A stretch of 34,140 nt of DNA, taken from IMG/VR virus record IMGVR_UViG_3300048801_000029, positions 1 through 34,140 of that record. One strand, 5' to 3'. Shown here in pieces: positions 8,091-15,880 of the stretch (within the stretch, counting starts at the first letter, position 1; every line of letters starts with the position of its first letter). This DNA comes from a virus. Taxonomy: Duplodnaviria > Caudoviricetes. The translations under genes were made by a program, and so were the position numbers. The notes under the pieces were generated by a model. The model ran no database searches. It saw only the letters and a list, made by a program, of their open reading frames with translations, and was not told where the DNA came from.

Positions 8091-9598
8091 GCGCCGGCGA
8101 CGGAATGGGCGACTTCGTCCTGCCCTCGCAGTTGAGTTCCCAGGGGCAGGGCAACCCGAGGACCGTGCCCCGCCCATCGAACGCGGGGTTCGTCCAGGGC
8201 GTCACCTTCGACCGTTGGGGCCGGTACCAGCTCCCCAACGGGGGCACGGGGGAGCTGGAGCCCTTCACCCGGGTCACGACCCTCGCGGGGATGGTGACCA
8301 GCGTTGAGGGCCTGCGGGTGTTCACGGAGCGCGGCATCGTCGAAGGTATGGGCCTGCGCCCTGACCTGCGGCAACTTGCTGCTAGTGACCCCAGCAGCAA
8401 GGAGGTCCAGGACAAGGTCCGGGGGGCTGCGAAGGAGGCGGCGAAGCTCAATGCTGCCGCGACCCGGGGAACGTCCCGGCACCGCCTGCTCGAACTGCAC
8501 CCACCGGGTACGCCGTGGCCGGATCATGTCGACCCTAATGACGAGGACGGCCAGGATCTGGCGGCGGCCCGGAGCCTGCTCACCGAGCTGCAAGTGAGCA
8601 TCCAGCACACCGAGCTCCTGGTCGCGAACCGGGTCAGCGGGTATGCCGGTCGGCTCGACTACCTGATCGAGGTCAGCGGCCAGTTGTACATCCTAGACCT
8701 GAAGACAGGGGCGAAGCTCCTGGACCCCGGCAAGCGCACCACCATTGGCGCACAGTTGGCGCTCTACGGCTACTGCGATTCGGCTTTCATCCCGGGTACG
8801 GGTTGGGTCCAGGCGCCCATCATCAACCGCCAGGTCGGCTACGTCCTGAGTGTCTGTGACGGTGTGGCCGCCCTGTACGAGGTGGACTTGGAGGACGGCT
8901 GGAAGGTGGCGAGGATCGCCCTCGCCCTGCATAAGGCACGTAAGGATTCGGTGAGCTTCACAGAGGTTCGTTCGCTGGGTGGGGGCGCGGCGACCTATGT
9001 CGAGCAGGCCTCCCAGTTCCGCGAGACCCTCGCTCAGGCGTCAGCCGATCTGCTGGCGACGCCCGATGCCGCCGAGCCGGAAGTGGGTCGGAAGCGGAAG
9101 CGGCGCGCCTGCTCCGCATGCCGGGAAGTCGGCCACTTCGCGAAGAACTGCCCGACGCTCGTCGACGACACCGACGACGTGAACCTCACCCCCGCCGCCA
9201 CGTTGAGGGAAGATGAGGAGGAGACGGCGGAGGAGACGGCGGAGGAGACGGAAGCGGAGCGCACGTCTCGGCTTCGACTGCTCGACCCCTGCGAATGCGC
9301 ACCGGAGGAGCGCACCGGGTTCATCGACCTCGACGACATCAACGGGGTCCCACGGTGCAGGACTTGCGTCGGCATCGCCCACTGGGTGATGGGGGCCTGG
9401 ACGGTGGAGGAGGTTGCGGGCACTGTCCCTGACGTGGTCGAGGTGCAGTTGCGCAACGCCAGGTCACAGGAGGAACTGGGGCGGATCTGGCAGGTGGAGG
9501 CGGCCGCCGGCCGCTGGGAGGACAAGCACACCGAACTGGGTAAGCAGTTGCGTGAGGTGCTCCCGCTGATGGACAAGGATGTCGCGCCCCGGGTGTAG
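8087..9598 (+). CDS. PD-(D/E)XK exonuclease (RecB/Cas4-like) with C-terminal CCHC zinc knuckle
   Basis: RGTSRH, E-x8-YAGRLD, ILDLKTG and QLALY motifs; CSACREVGHFAKNC. GTG 8087 is coupled to the upstream stop; ATG 8105 is an alternative. Confidence 0.8.
   Translation: MSAGDGMGDFVLPSQLSSQGQGNPRTVPRPSNAGFVQGVTFDRWGRYQLPNGGTGELEPFTRVTTLAGMVTSVEGLRVFTERGIVEGMGLRPDLRQLAASDPSSKEVQDKVRGAAKEAAKLNAAATRGTSRHRLLELHPPGTPWPDHVDPNDEDGQDLAAARSLLTELQVSIQHTELLVANRVSGYAGRLDYLIEVSGQLYILDLKTGAKLLDPGKRTTIGAQLALYGYCDSAFIPGTGWVQAPIINRQVGYVLSVCDGVAALYEVDLEDGWKVARIALALHKARKDSVSFTEVRSLGGGAATYVEQASQFRETLAQASADLLATPDAAEPEVGRKRKRRACSACREVGHFAKNCPTLVDDTDDVNLTPAATLREDEEETAEETAEETEAERTSRLRLLDPCECAPEERTGFIDLDDINGVPRCRTCVGIAHWVMGAWTVEEVAGTVPDVVEVQLRNARSQEELGRIWQVEAAAGRWEDKHTELGKQLREVLPLMDKDVAPRV
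9218..9251 (+). repeat. 12-bp in-frame tandem repeat (EETA)
   Basis: gaggagacggcg x2 plus gaggagacgg. Confidence 0.85.
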
Positions 9599-9656
9599 TC
9601 TCGGGGATGCGAGTGCAAGTCGAACCGACAACAACAATAGAGAATCGGGAACCGTG

Positions 9657-10271
9657 ATGACTGAACTGTCGATCGAGGTCGAGGACTTCCAGAACCCGTC
9701 CGAACTGGCCAGCGCTGGGAGCGGGAACTACCCCGCCCTGTCTCAGCTGCGGGGCCGCCTGCTGTGGGTGAAGCCGATCCTGCGCAAGGACAACCAGGCC
9801 AGCATCCAACGCCCCGAACCGCACACCGTCATGGTGTGTGACATGGCGTTCCTGGACGGGCCAGCCATCGCGCACCGCCTCGACAAGGACGGCGACATCC
9901 ACGCTACCTTCGATGAGCCCGTCAACCCGGGAGACGTGATCCGGGGCATGTACTTCTCCCAGGGCTGGTTCGTGAGTCGCCTGAAGGATCGCGCCGGCGA
10001 CCCCACGTTCCCCGGACTGGTTGGAATCCTGGGTAAGGCGCCGGCGCGTACCGGCCAGATGTGGGTCCTGACGGACCCGTCCCCCGCCCAGATGACCCAA
10101 CTGCGGACGTGGGCTGCCTGGCAGCGCAAGAAGGACGCCGAGGAAGCTGCGGCGAAGGCGAGCGCGGCACCCGACTGGGCGAGCGCTGGCCCCGTCAGCA
10201 CGGGCCCGGCAGTGTCCGCACAGTTGCCGCCGTGGATGAGCGGCACCGACGCCGTGGCCCCGCCGTTCTGA
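9657..10271 (+). CDS. Hypothetical protein, possibly ssDNA-binding
   Basis: Follows the exonuclease; flexible Ala/Pro tail ending PPF, as in SSB C-termini. Function is inference. Confidence 0.55.
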   Translation: MTELSIEVEDFQNPSELASAGSGNYPALSQLRGRLLWVKPILRKDNQASIQRPEPHTVMVCDMAFLDGPAIAHRLDKDGDIHATFDEPVNPGDVIRGMYFSQGWFVSRLKDRAGDPTFPGLVGILGKAPARTGQMWVLTDPSPAQMTQLRTWAAWQRKKDAEEAAAKASAAPDWASAGPVSTGPAVSAQLPPWMSGTDAVAPPF

Positions 10272-10283
10272 TCTTCCCCTGAA

Positions 10284-10317
10284 GGGGAGGGGGCGAACCT
10301 GATCTCGCCCCCTCCCC
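10284..10317 (+). terminator. GC-rich hairpin
   Basis: ggggagggggcga-acctgatc-tcgccccctcccc, 13-bp perfect stem just after the stop codon; no U tract. Confidence 0.55.
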
Positions 10318-10344
10318 GCACATAACCCAACGAAGGAGTAGGCA

Positions 10345-10716
10345 ATGGGCAATGAGACGAAGAGCGGACTAACCGTCCCGGAGCGTTTTGTGGGCGAAGA
10401 GGTCGTTCCCCGGGTGGTAGCACTGTCCCAGCGCCTCGGCGTGGTCGAGGTGAAACTAGACGAGGTCGCCCAGCAGACCCGGGAGCACCTCAGCAACTCT
10501 GCCGAGATCAACGCGGCGGAGTTCGCGAAGTTGCACGACAGGATCGACCTGCTGGAGGACGGCGACGAGGACGACGAGGATTGCGACTGCTGCGACATTG
10601 TCGACGAGATCGACCGGAACGCCACCCGGGCCCGGATCGTCCTCGACTACGCCCTGGCCGTCAGTGCCGTCGGCGCGACCCTCGGCGTCGCCTCGTCCGC
10701 CTGGTGGTTGCGGTGA
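10345..10716 (+). CDS. Hypothetical coiled-coil protein with C-terminal transmembrane helix
   Basis: RBS AAGGAG; acidic stretch followed by CDCC; hydrophobic C-terminus. Confidence 0.7.
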   Translation: MGNETKSGLTVPERFVGEEVVPRVVALSQRLGVVEVKLDEVAQQTREHLSNSAEINAAEFAKLHDRIDLLEDGDEDDEDCDCCDIVDEIDRNATRARIVLDYALAVSAVGATLGVASSAWWLR

Positions 10717-10937
10717 GTGTCCCCCTGCCCGAGGGGTGGCGGGAATCGATGGTGTTCCCCCTGCCCCAGACGCCCGAGGTGCCGACGCTGATCCAGTTCG
10801 GCCATACGGGCAGTGAGTGGCCAATGGAGTGGCATTCGTTCGGCGACAGTTGCGAGCGATGTTCCCAGTACCGACTCTGGGCGGCGGGGGCGACCCTACC
10901 CATTCAGCTCGTCGACTATGACGAAGATCCCCGGTAG
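10713..10937 (+). CDS. Hypothetical protein
   Basis: GTG 10713 overlaps the upstream stop (GTGA); 74 aa with CERC. Confidence 0.55.
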   Translation: MSVPLPEGWRESMVFPLPQTPEVPTLIQFGHTGSEWPMEWHSFGDSCERCSQYRLWAAGATLPIQLVDYDEDPR

Positions 10938-11223
10938 CGGGCGTTATCTGGGTGCGTACCAGCGTGCACGCGCCCAGATGCGCACCGCCCGACCACAGCC
11001 CTGCGGCATCTGCGGCAGGGCTATTGACTATTCCCTCACCAAGCCCGACCCGGGCAGCTTCACCGTCGACCATATTCGCCCCATCGCCAGGGGTGGTGAG
11101 GACGTCCCCGACAACTACCGGCCCGCGCACCTGGGGTGTAACTCCAGGCGCAGAGATGCCCCGGCAGGGAAGCCTGAGCTTCGCCTGCCGGGGCTCCGTA
11201 AGAACTCCCGCGACTGGGGGTAG
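10918..11223 (+). CDS. HNH endonuclease (HK97 gp74-like)
   Basis: CGICG...TVDHIRPIARGG...N..PAHLGCN; ATG 10918. Confidence 0.88.
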   Translation: MTKIPGSGRYLGAYQRARAQMRTARPQPCGICGRAIDYSLTKPDPGSFTVDHIRPIARGGEDVPDNYRPAHLGCNSRRRDAPAGKPELRLPGLRKNSRDWG

Positions 11224-11288
11224 GGCGGATCTGACTACGTCAGATCATGGGGTAGGGCGGATCTGACTACGTCAGATCATGGGGTAGG
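11217..11288. repeat. 32-bp tandem repeat (2.25 copies) with palindromic core
   Basis: ggggtagggcggatctgactacgtcagatcat at 11217-11248 and 11249-11280, plus partial ggggtagg. Core is GATCTGAC-tac-GTCAGATC. Confidence 0.95.
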
Positions 11289-11289
11289 A

Positions 11290-11517
11290 CTATCTCGTCA
11301 GTGTGAGGATCAGGGCGACGATGATCGCCCATTCGCTGACAGTGCGGACAATCAGCCCGCCCCTCCTGCTCCAGCCCGACCCGATCGGGTCGGACGCGGC
11401 CACCCAGGCGCACGTCCCGACGAGGGCCAGGATCAGCGCCAGGGTCGCGCTGATGCCCGTCTCCGCCTTCTGCGTGAGGATGATCATCGCCCCGACGACG
11501 GGCGCCCACTGCTTCAC
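11290..11517 (-). CDS. Small membrane protein
   Basis: GTG 11517 coupled to the upstream stop; 75 aa with 2-3 hydrophobic segments. Confidence 0.6.
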   Translation of the reverse strand: MKQWAPVVGAMIILTQKAETGISATLALILALVGTCAWVAASDPIGSGWSRRGGLIVRTVSEWAIIVALILTLTR

Positions 11518-11837
11518 GACAACCCCTCCAGCGCACTCTCGTCGGTGAGGGTGTAGGTCACGCCAAGGTGCGTCTTGCCTGGTCGAATACGGCCGATGAC
11601 GCCCAGGTTGACCAGCCGGGTGATGGCCGCGCCGGCCGCCGTTGGGGCGCACCCCAGCTCTCGTCCAATCCCGGCCAGGGACGGGGAGATGACGTCGGCG
11701 CCGTGCTCCCTGATGTGGTCGACGAGCAGGACGTACGTCAACACTGGGAGGGTGATTCCGCCCTGAAGTTTCGGCGGGATCGGCACATCGCACACCGTGA
11801 TGTCGTGCAGCAGGAAGTGCGGCTTGGGCCTGTTCAT
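11514..11837 (-). CDS. Winged-HTH DNA-binding protein
   Basis: PSLAGIGRELGCAPTAAGAAITRLVNLGVI...TYTL pattern; ATGA coupling. Confidence 0.65.
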   Translation of the reverse strand: MNRPKPHFLLHDITVCDVPIPPKLQGGITLPVLTYVLLVDHIREHGADVISPSLAGIGRELGCAPTAAGAAITRLVNLGVIGRIRPGKTHLGVTYTLTDESALEGLS

Positions 11838-12208
11838 CGGATCTCAACCCCATCTTGGTCGAAGATACGCTTCGCTGCCAGTGACCATCCGTGCAGGTAG
11901 TAGCCGCTCCCGGCGTCGCTGACAACGGGACCCTCGGCCGTCAGGGCGATCAGGAACGCCCTATACGGCCCTTCGCCGTCCAGGTCCTCGGTGTTGCTCG
12001 TGTGCACTGAAATGATCACGTTGTCGCACTGGTGCAGCCCGTTCAGGTTGAACCAGGTGCAATAGTCTTCCGCGTTGCGTTCGACCTCGACCATCTTGCC
12101 GTCGTCGAGGGTCAACCTGCCAGTCTTAGCGTCGGTGCTGACGACCTTGTGCCCGATGATGGCCCGATACTTGTTAAGGGGTTGCATACTGTGGTCGATG
12201 TAGTTCAC
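11834..12208 (-). CDS. Hypothetical protein
   Basis: GTG 12208 coupled to the upstream stop; this is the C-terminal 124 aa of the track ORF. Confidence 0.65.
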   Translation of the reverse strand: MNYIDHSMQPLNKYRAIIGHKVVSTDAKTGRLTLDDGKMVEVERNAEDYCTWFNLNGLHQCDNVIISVHTSNTEDLDGEGPYRAFLIALTAEGPVVSDAGSGYYLHGWSLAAKRIFDQDGVEIR

Positions 12209-12780
12209 TTCTGCCCCATCTCGCCGTCTCGGCTGGACGAGTACGCCCATACCTGGATTAGCTTGCGCCCATACAACTTTCCCGCTCTGATGCGGGGATG
12301 CTGGACCGTAAACAGGTCCTGCCGGCGTTCGCTGGCCATCAGCAGCGCCGGCTCCCGGTTCACTACGTAGATCACGTTCGGGTAGCTCTCGGCCGGCCGG
12401 CTCCCGAAGGTCCAGACCTCCGAGTAGTCGATGTGAGTTAGGTCCTCGAACGCGACCCACTTGCCGCGCGGGACGCCGAACCCGGACCAGTTCTGCCGGT
12501 AGGGCAGCTCCACCTCCAGGTCCATCCCCGTTTCGTTGATGACGAGGGTCCCTCGGAGGTCGACGAAATCCTCCTCGGGTTCGGCCTTCGCCTCTGGGTG
12601 CCACGCCCGAGGCTTCCAGGTGTCGGCACCCTTGCCCAGGTGGGCGTACCCACCGGCCCGCCAGCGACGGTCGACGCCCCGGACGGTGTCCTTCTTCAAT
12701 CCGACCTGGTCACCGACCTGCCGGTAGGTGAGTCCGTTGTCCAACCCATTCATGACCGCCTGCAGCTGTTCGGGTTTCAC
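12205..12780 (-). CDS. Protein with N-terminal HTH
   Basis: GTG 12780 with RBS GGGAGG; GLTYRQVGDQVGLKKDTVRG HTH motif. Confidence 0.7.
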   Translation of the reverse strand: MKPEQLQAVMNGLDNGLTYRQVGDQVGLKKDTVRGVDRRWRAGGYAHLGKGADTWKPRAWHPEAKAEPEEDFVDLRGTLVINETGMDLEVELPYRQNWSGFGVPRGKWVAFEDLTHIDYSEVWTFGSRPAESYPNVIYVVNREPALLMASERRQDLFTVQHPRIRAGKLYGRKLIQVWAYSSSRDGEMGQK

Positions 12781-13022
12781 TACGCACCTCCCCGGCGCTG
12801 GCAGCGGCAGGGCCGACCAACCAAAAGAGCGAGCCACATAGGACGATGGCGATGACGGTCAGCCGGGATATCAGCATTGGAACCCCATCCCCACTCCGAA
12901 GTAACAATGCCCGCCGGATCAGTTCCGGCATCAAGGGCGGTCGGGGTGGACGGCTGGCGTGCCGTATGGGGAGGCTCCTGGGGGCGCTGGGCTCTGAGGA
13001 AAGAGTGGATGATTGGTCTCAT
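12780..13022 (-). CDS. Hypothetical protein (uncertain)
   Basis: Tiles exactly between whiB (ATGA overlap) and the next start; composition is unconvincing. Confidence 0.35.
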   Translation of the reverse strand: MRPIIHSFLRAQRPQEPPHTARQPSTPTALDAGTDPAGIVTSEWGWGSNADIPADRHRHRPMWLALLVGRPCRCQRRGGA

Positions 13023-13519
13023 GAGTCCGAGGTTACCTTATCTGCATGGGTACTGTCTAGCGGATCTTTCAGTACCCTGTCCCGCTGCCTGCGGTAGGCG
13101 AGGCGGTCCTGCCGGCGCGCCTTCGCCGCGTCTTTCTCTGCGGAGGTTCGGGGCCGACCGCGCGGCTTGAAGGTCCGCCCGATCTCCCCGTCCCTGCCCT
13201 CCGTCCAGATGGGCTCCTCGTACCCTCCGGCGAGGCGCGCCCGGTCGTACAGCCTCCAGCGCTGATAGGGCGTGAACCCGCCGGCGACGCCGCTGCGCCC
13301 ACCCGTCGGGCCCTTGCCCTCGGCGGCCATGGTGAAACGCAGGCACTGCACCCGGACGGGGCACGACCAGCACGTGCCTACCGCCCAACAGGTGGCGCAG
13401 GCGCCCTCGTCGTGCGCTCCGTCCTTCTTCTGCTCCACGTGGCCGTAGGCGACGAGGTGCATCTCCTCCTCGAAGCCGATGCACCGGGCCCGTGTCAGCC
13501 AACTGCCGGCGAGGCTCAC
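13019..13519 (-). CDS. whiB: WhiB-family Fe-S transcription regulator
   Basis: W...ARC...CWSCPVRVQCL...GVAGGFTPYQR; GTG 13519 coupled to the upstream stop; C-terminal PRGRPR. Confidence 0.8.
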   Translation of the reverse strand: MSLAGSWLTRARCIGFEEEMHLVAYGHVEQKKDGAHDEGACATCWAVGTCWSCPVRVQCLRFTMAAEGKGPTGGRSGVAGGFTPYQRWRLYDRARLAGGYEEPIWTEGRDGEIGRTFKPRGRPRTSAEKDAAKARRQDRLAYRRQRDRVLKDPLDSTHADKVTSDS

Positions 13520-13686
13520 GGGTGACACCTCGGGCCCCGGCCCCGGTAGTCGTCGGTGCTCATGCACGTGTGCCCCGGCCTGGATGGGGGCGCCTCCTTG
13601 GCCGGCTCGCACCCGGCGAGCAGTAGGCCCGCGACGGCGAGCAGGGCGAACGCACCCCACTCAGTGTTGATCATGTTGGGTTTCAT
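13516..13686 (-). CDS. 56-aa lipoprotein
   Basis: Below the ORF-track cutoff; MKPNMINTEWGAFALLAVAGLLLAGCEPAKEAPPSRPGHTCMSTDDYRGRGPRCHP. RBS GAAGGA; lipobox LAGC. Confidence 0.75.
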   Translation of the reverse strand: MKPNMINTEWGAFALLAVAGLLLAGCEPAKEAPPSRPGHTCMSTDDYRGRGPRCHP

Positions 13687-13704
13687 TGGGTTTCCTTCGA
13701 AAGC

Positions 13705-13735
13705 TTGACAGGCACCCTGTCGCTATGGGTACCGT
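13705..13735 (+). promoter_or_regulatory. SigA-type promoter with overlapping palindrome
   Basis: TTGACA (13705)-N19-TACCGT, ending 6 nt before ATG 13742; gacagg-cac-cctgtc palindrome at 13707-13721. Confidence 0.55.
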
Positions 13736-13741
13736 ATTCGC

Positions 13742-14284
13742 ATGTTGAATCTCAGCGTAACGCAGACCGGCACCATAGAGGTAGGGGATCAGCCAACCGA
13801 TCCCAGTGGACTCTACGCCGTCCAGCCGAGCGGAGGTCGCCACACCGCGCCTGTCCCGTCGGGTCGCCGGGCTGCCCGCCCCGTCCTCGACCTGCCGTTT
13901 CTGCCTCCCGTGAGCTGGCGGGCGTCGGGCCCGCTGCGCCTGGAGTCCGCCCTCCAGCGGGCCGTTGAGGCACCCGCCGAAGCCTGGGGGGTCAAGGCCC
14001 CCGCCCCCGACACCGTCGCCCTGGGGCACCTCCTGCCCGGCCCCGAAGCACTGAGCGCGAGAGGCCCCTCAGTCCCCGCCGTGCGTCCGCGTCGGCAGGC
14101 GAGGCCGAGGTCCCGGTGGGATAGGTTGGGCCTCATGGTCGTCCGTGTCGGCAAGCGCATCCAGCGCATCGACCGCGACGACGTTCTCCTGAACACGGCC
14201 CTGCCGTTGTTCCTTCTCGCCGGCGTCGCCGTGTTCGCCGCCGGGGTCTGGAAGATTGCGGCCCTGCTGGTCGAGATGATCTGA
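13742..14284 (+). CDS. Hypothetical membrane-anchored protein
   Basis: Pro-rich N-terminus, C-terminal transmembrane helix, leaderless-type promoter. Confidence 0.6.
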   Translation: MLNLSVTQTGTIEVGDQPTDPSGLYAVQPSGGRHTAPVPSGRRAARPVLDLPFLPPVSWRASGPLRLESALQRAVEAPAEAWGVKAPAPDTVALGHLLPGPEALSARGPSVPAVRPRRQARPRSRWDRLGLMVVRVGKRIQRIDRDDVLLNTALPLFLLAGVAVFAAGVWKIAALLVEMI

Positions 14285-14320
14285 GGGGCCCGGCAGCAAA
14301 CACGACGCGGGCCAGCGCAG

Positions 14321-14349
14321 GGGGCTGGAAACCCAACGAAACCAGCCCC
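14321..14349. terminator. Hairpin in convergent intergenic region
   Basis: ggggctgg-aaacccaacgaaa-ccagcccc. Confidence 0.5.
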
Positions 14350-14426
14350 GCCACACCGACCCGCGTCGGGCTCACCCAACCCTGAGACGGGAAGTTGGGG
14401 AGTCGTGAACATCCTAGCCGAACAGC

Positions 14427-14654
14427 CTACTTCGGCAGAATGTTGTGACCGTACTTCTCCTCAACCTTGTTCCAGGCCGCCGACACCGCCGCGATGCCGC
14501 CGACCAGCGAAGTACCCCACAGGATGTATTGGTTGTCGAACCCCACGACAGCGCCCAGTTCCTGCAACAACAGGTGTCCGGCGACGACGAGGGTCGGCAA
14601 CGCCGCCAACACTTGGCCGGCGGTCCTCAGTCCGCGCTTCAGCCAATCAGGCAT
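14427..14654 (-). CDS. Holin
   Basis: MPDWLKRGLRTAGQV... 75 aa with two hydrophobic segments; RBS GGAGG; downstream of the lysin. Confidence 0.7.
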   Translation of the reverse strand: MPDWLKRGLRTAGQVLAALPTLVVAGHLLLQELGAVVGFDNQYILWGTSLVGGIAAVSAAWNKVEEKYGHNILPK

Positions 14655-14898
14655 GTCCGCCTCCATTCCAGATCTGATAGAGGGTACCGGCGGTACCCCC
14701 GATGATCGCGGCCAGGCCACTTGTGACCCAGTCGCGATTTTCCAGGCGCGAGACCCGCTTCTTCAAGTCCTCGTCCTGGGCTTTCAGGTGGACGTTGCCC
14801 TCGGCCAGGGTGGCGACGTCCACTTTGATCTCGGTGATGTTTGCCGCGATCGCCTGCAGCTGGAGGCGAATGAATTGGAGCTCCTCGGTGGTGCTCAC
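14647..14898 (-). CDS. Lysis-cassette coiled-coil membrane protein
   Basis: Heptad-rich segment plus C-terminal TM helix; lies between lysin and holin. Confidence 0.7.
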   Translation of the reverse strand: MSTTEELQFIRLQLQAIAANITEIKVDVATLAEGNVHLKAQDEDLKKRVSRLENRDWVTSGLAAIIGGTAGTLYQIWNGGGHA

Positions 14899-14911
14899 GG
14901 GGATTCGGACC

Positions 14912-15868
14912 CTATCCGATCATGCGGGCGGAGAACTTGTCAGCAACCGCCGTGGCGATGGCGTCCACGTCGACACCGGCGGCGCCTGGGACGGTCCCGG
15001 CAACGGCGGCGGTGATGACGCGGACAGCGTTCTCGCGGACCTGGTTGCCGAGCGGGGTGAGTTCGGCGGCGCCAGCGGACTTCACGGGCAGGTTAGCGAC
15101 GGCCCACTTCTCCTCGGGGGAGCCGGCCTTCAGGGCGAAATGCCCGAACTGGGTGAACACGAAGTTTCCGTTACTGGGAGTGCGAACGATGAACATGTCA
15201 TCCTCCTGGGGGTCGGGGGCGGGGGCTTGCGTTGTTGCGGTGCCGGTCATGGCGACCAATTCGGCGTCCGACCGTAGCCAGATGTTCGCGTCCACCCCAC
15301 CACTGATGCCGGGCACGCCGGCCGTGTCAGTGAACTGGACCATGGCGGGGGTCAGGCCGCCGAACGTCGAGGGGTTCAGCGTCCTGCTCGCGAGGACAGT
15401 CTGCATGGGCCGGCCTTCGCCGAGAATGTAGGTTCCACTCTGATACCCGGCGTGCCAGCCGACGGGGTTTCCCGTCAGCCTGGCCGGACCGTGGACCATC
15501 GCCCACATGCCGATGTTCGAGTACACCAGCACGGGCCGGCCGGGAAACTTCCGGTCAACCCGGGACAGGAACGCGTTGACCTGCGGGCCGCACCCGGTCC
15601 CCTCCACGTCCAGGGCCAGGATCACCGGGTCATCCCCGACCACGGCCAGGTAATGGTCGGCCTGGGCGACGCCGTCGACGGCAGTCAGGTAGTGGTAGGC
15701 GCCCATGACTCGGCCCGCCCGGAGTCCGCCGTCAGTGTTGCGACGGTAGTAGGGGTTCGTGTAGCCGGTGCTTTCGGTGGCCTTGCTCAGGACGAACCGG
15801 ACGTAACTTGGGAGCGCCGTGTAGTTGACGTTGCCCTGATAGCTGCTTATGTCCACGCCGAGGATCAT
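14912..15868 (-). CDS. Endolysin, GH25 muramidase
   Basis: GVDISSYQG, KATE, GAYHY, LDVE, QFTD and VDAN motifs. Confidence 0.9.
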   Translation of the reverse strand: MILGVDISSYQGNVNYTALPSYVRFVLSKATESTGYTNPYYRRNTDGGLRAGRVMGAYHYLTAVDGVAQADHYLAVVGDDPVILALDVEGTGCGPQVNAFLSRVDRKFPGRPVLVYSNIGMWAMVHGPARLTGNPVGWHAGYQSGTYILGEGRPMQTVLASRTLNPSTFGGLTPAMVQFTDTAGVPGISGGVDANIWLRSDAELVAMTGTATTQAPAPDPQEDDMFIVRTPSNGNFVFTQFGHFALKAGSPEEKWAVANLPVKSAGAAELTPLGNQVRENAVRVITAAVAGTVPGAAGVDVDAIATAVADKFSARMIG

Positions 15869-15880
15869 GTTTCGCCTTCC

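Noticed and set aside
9089-9106. RKRKRR as a nuclear localisation signal
   Set aside because: The context is a bacterial phage; it is better explained as a nucleic-acid-binding patch beside the zinc knuckle.
8087-9598. Cas4 as part of a CRISPR system
   Set aside because: The PD-(D/E)XK motifs fit a stand-alone phage recombination exonuclease; there is no cas1/cas2 or array.
11217-11288. Mini CRISPR array
   Set aside because: Units are fully identical with no unique spacers, there is no cas operon, and the unit does not resemble repeat families I know.
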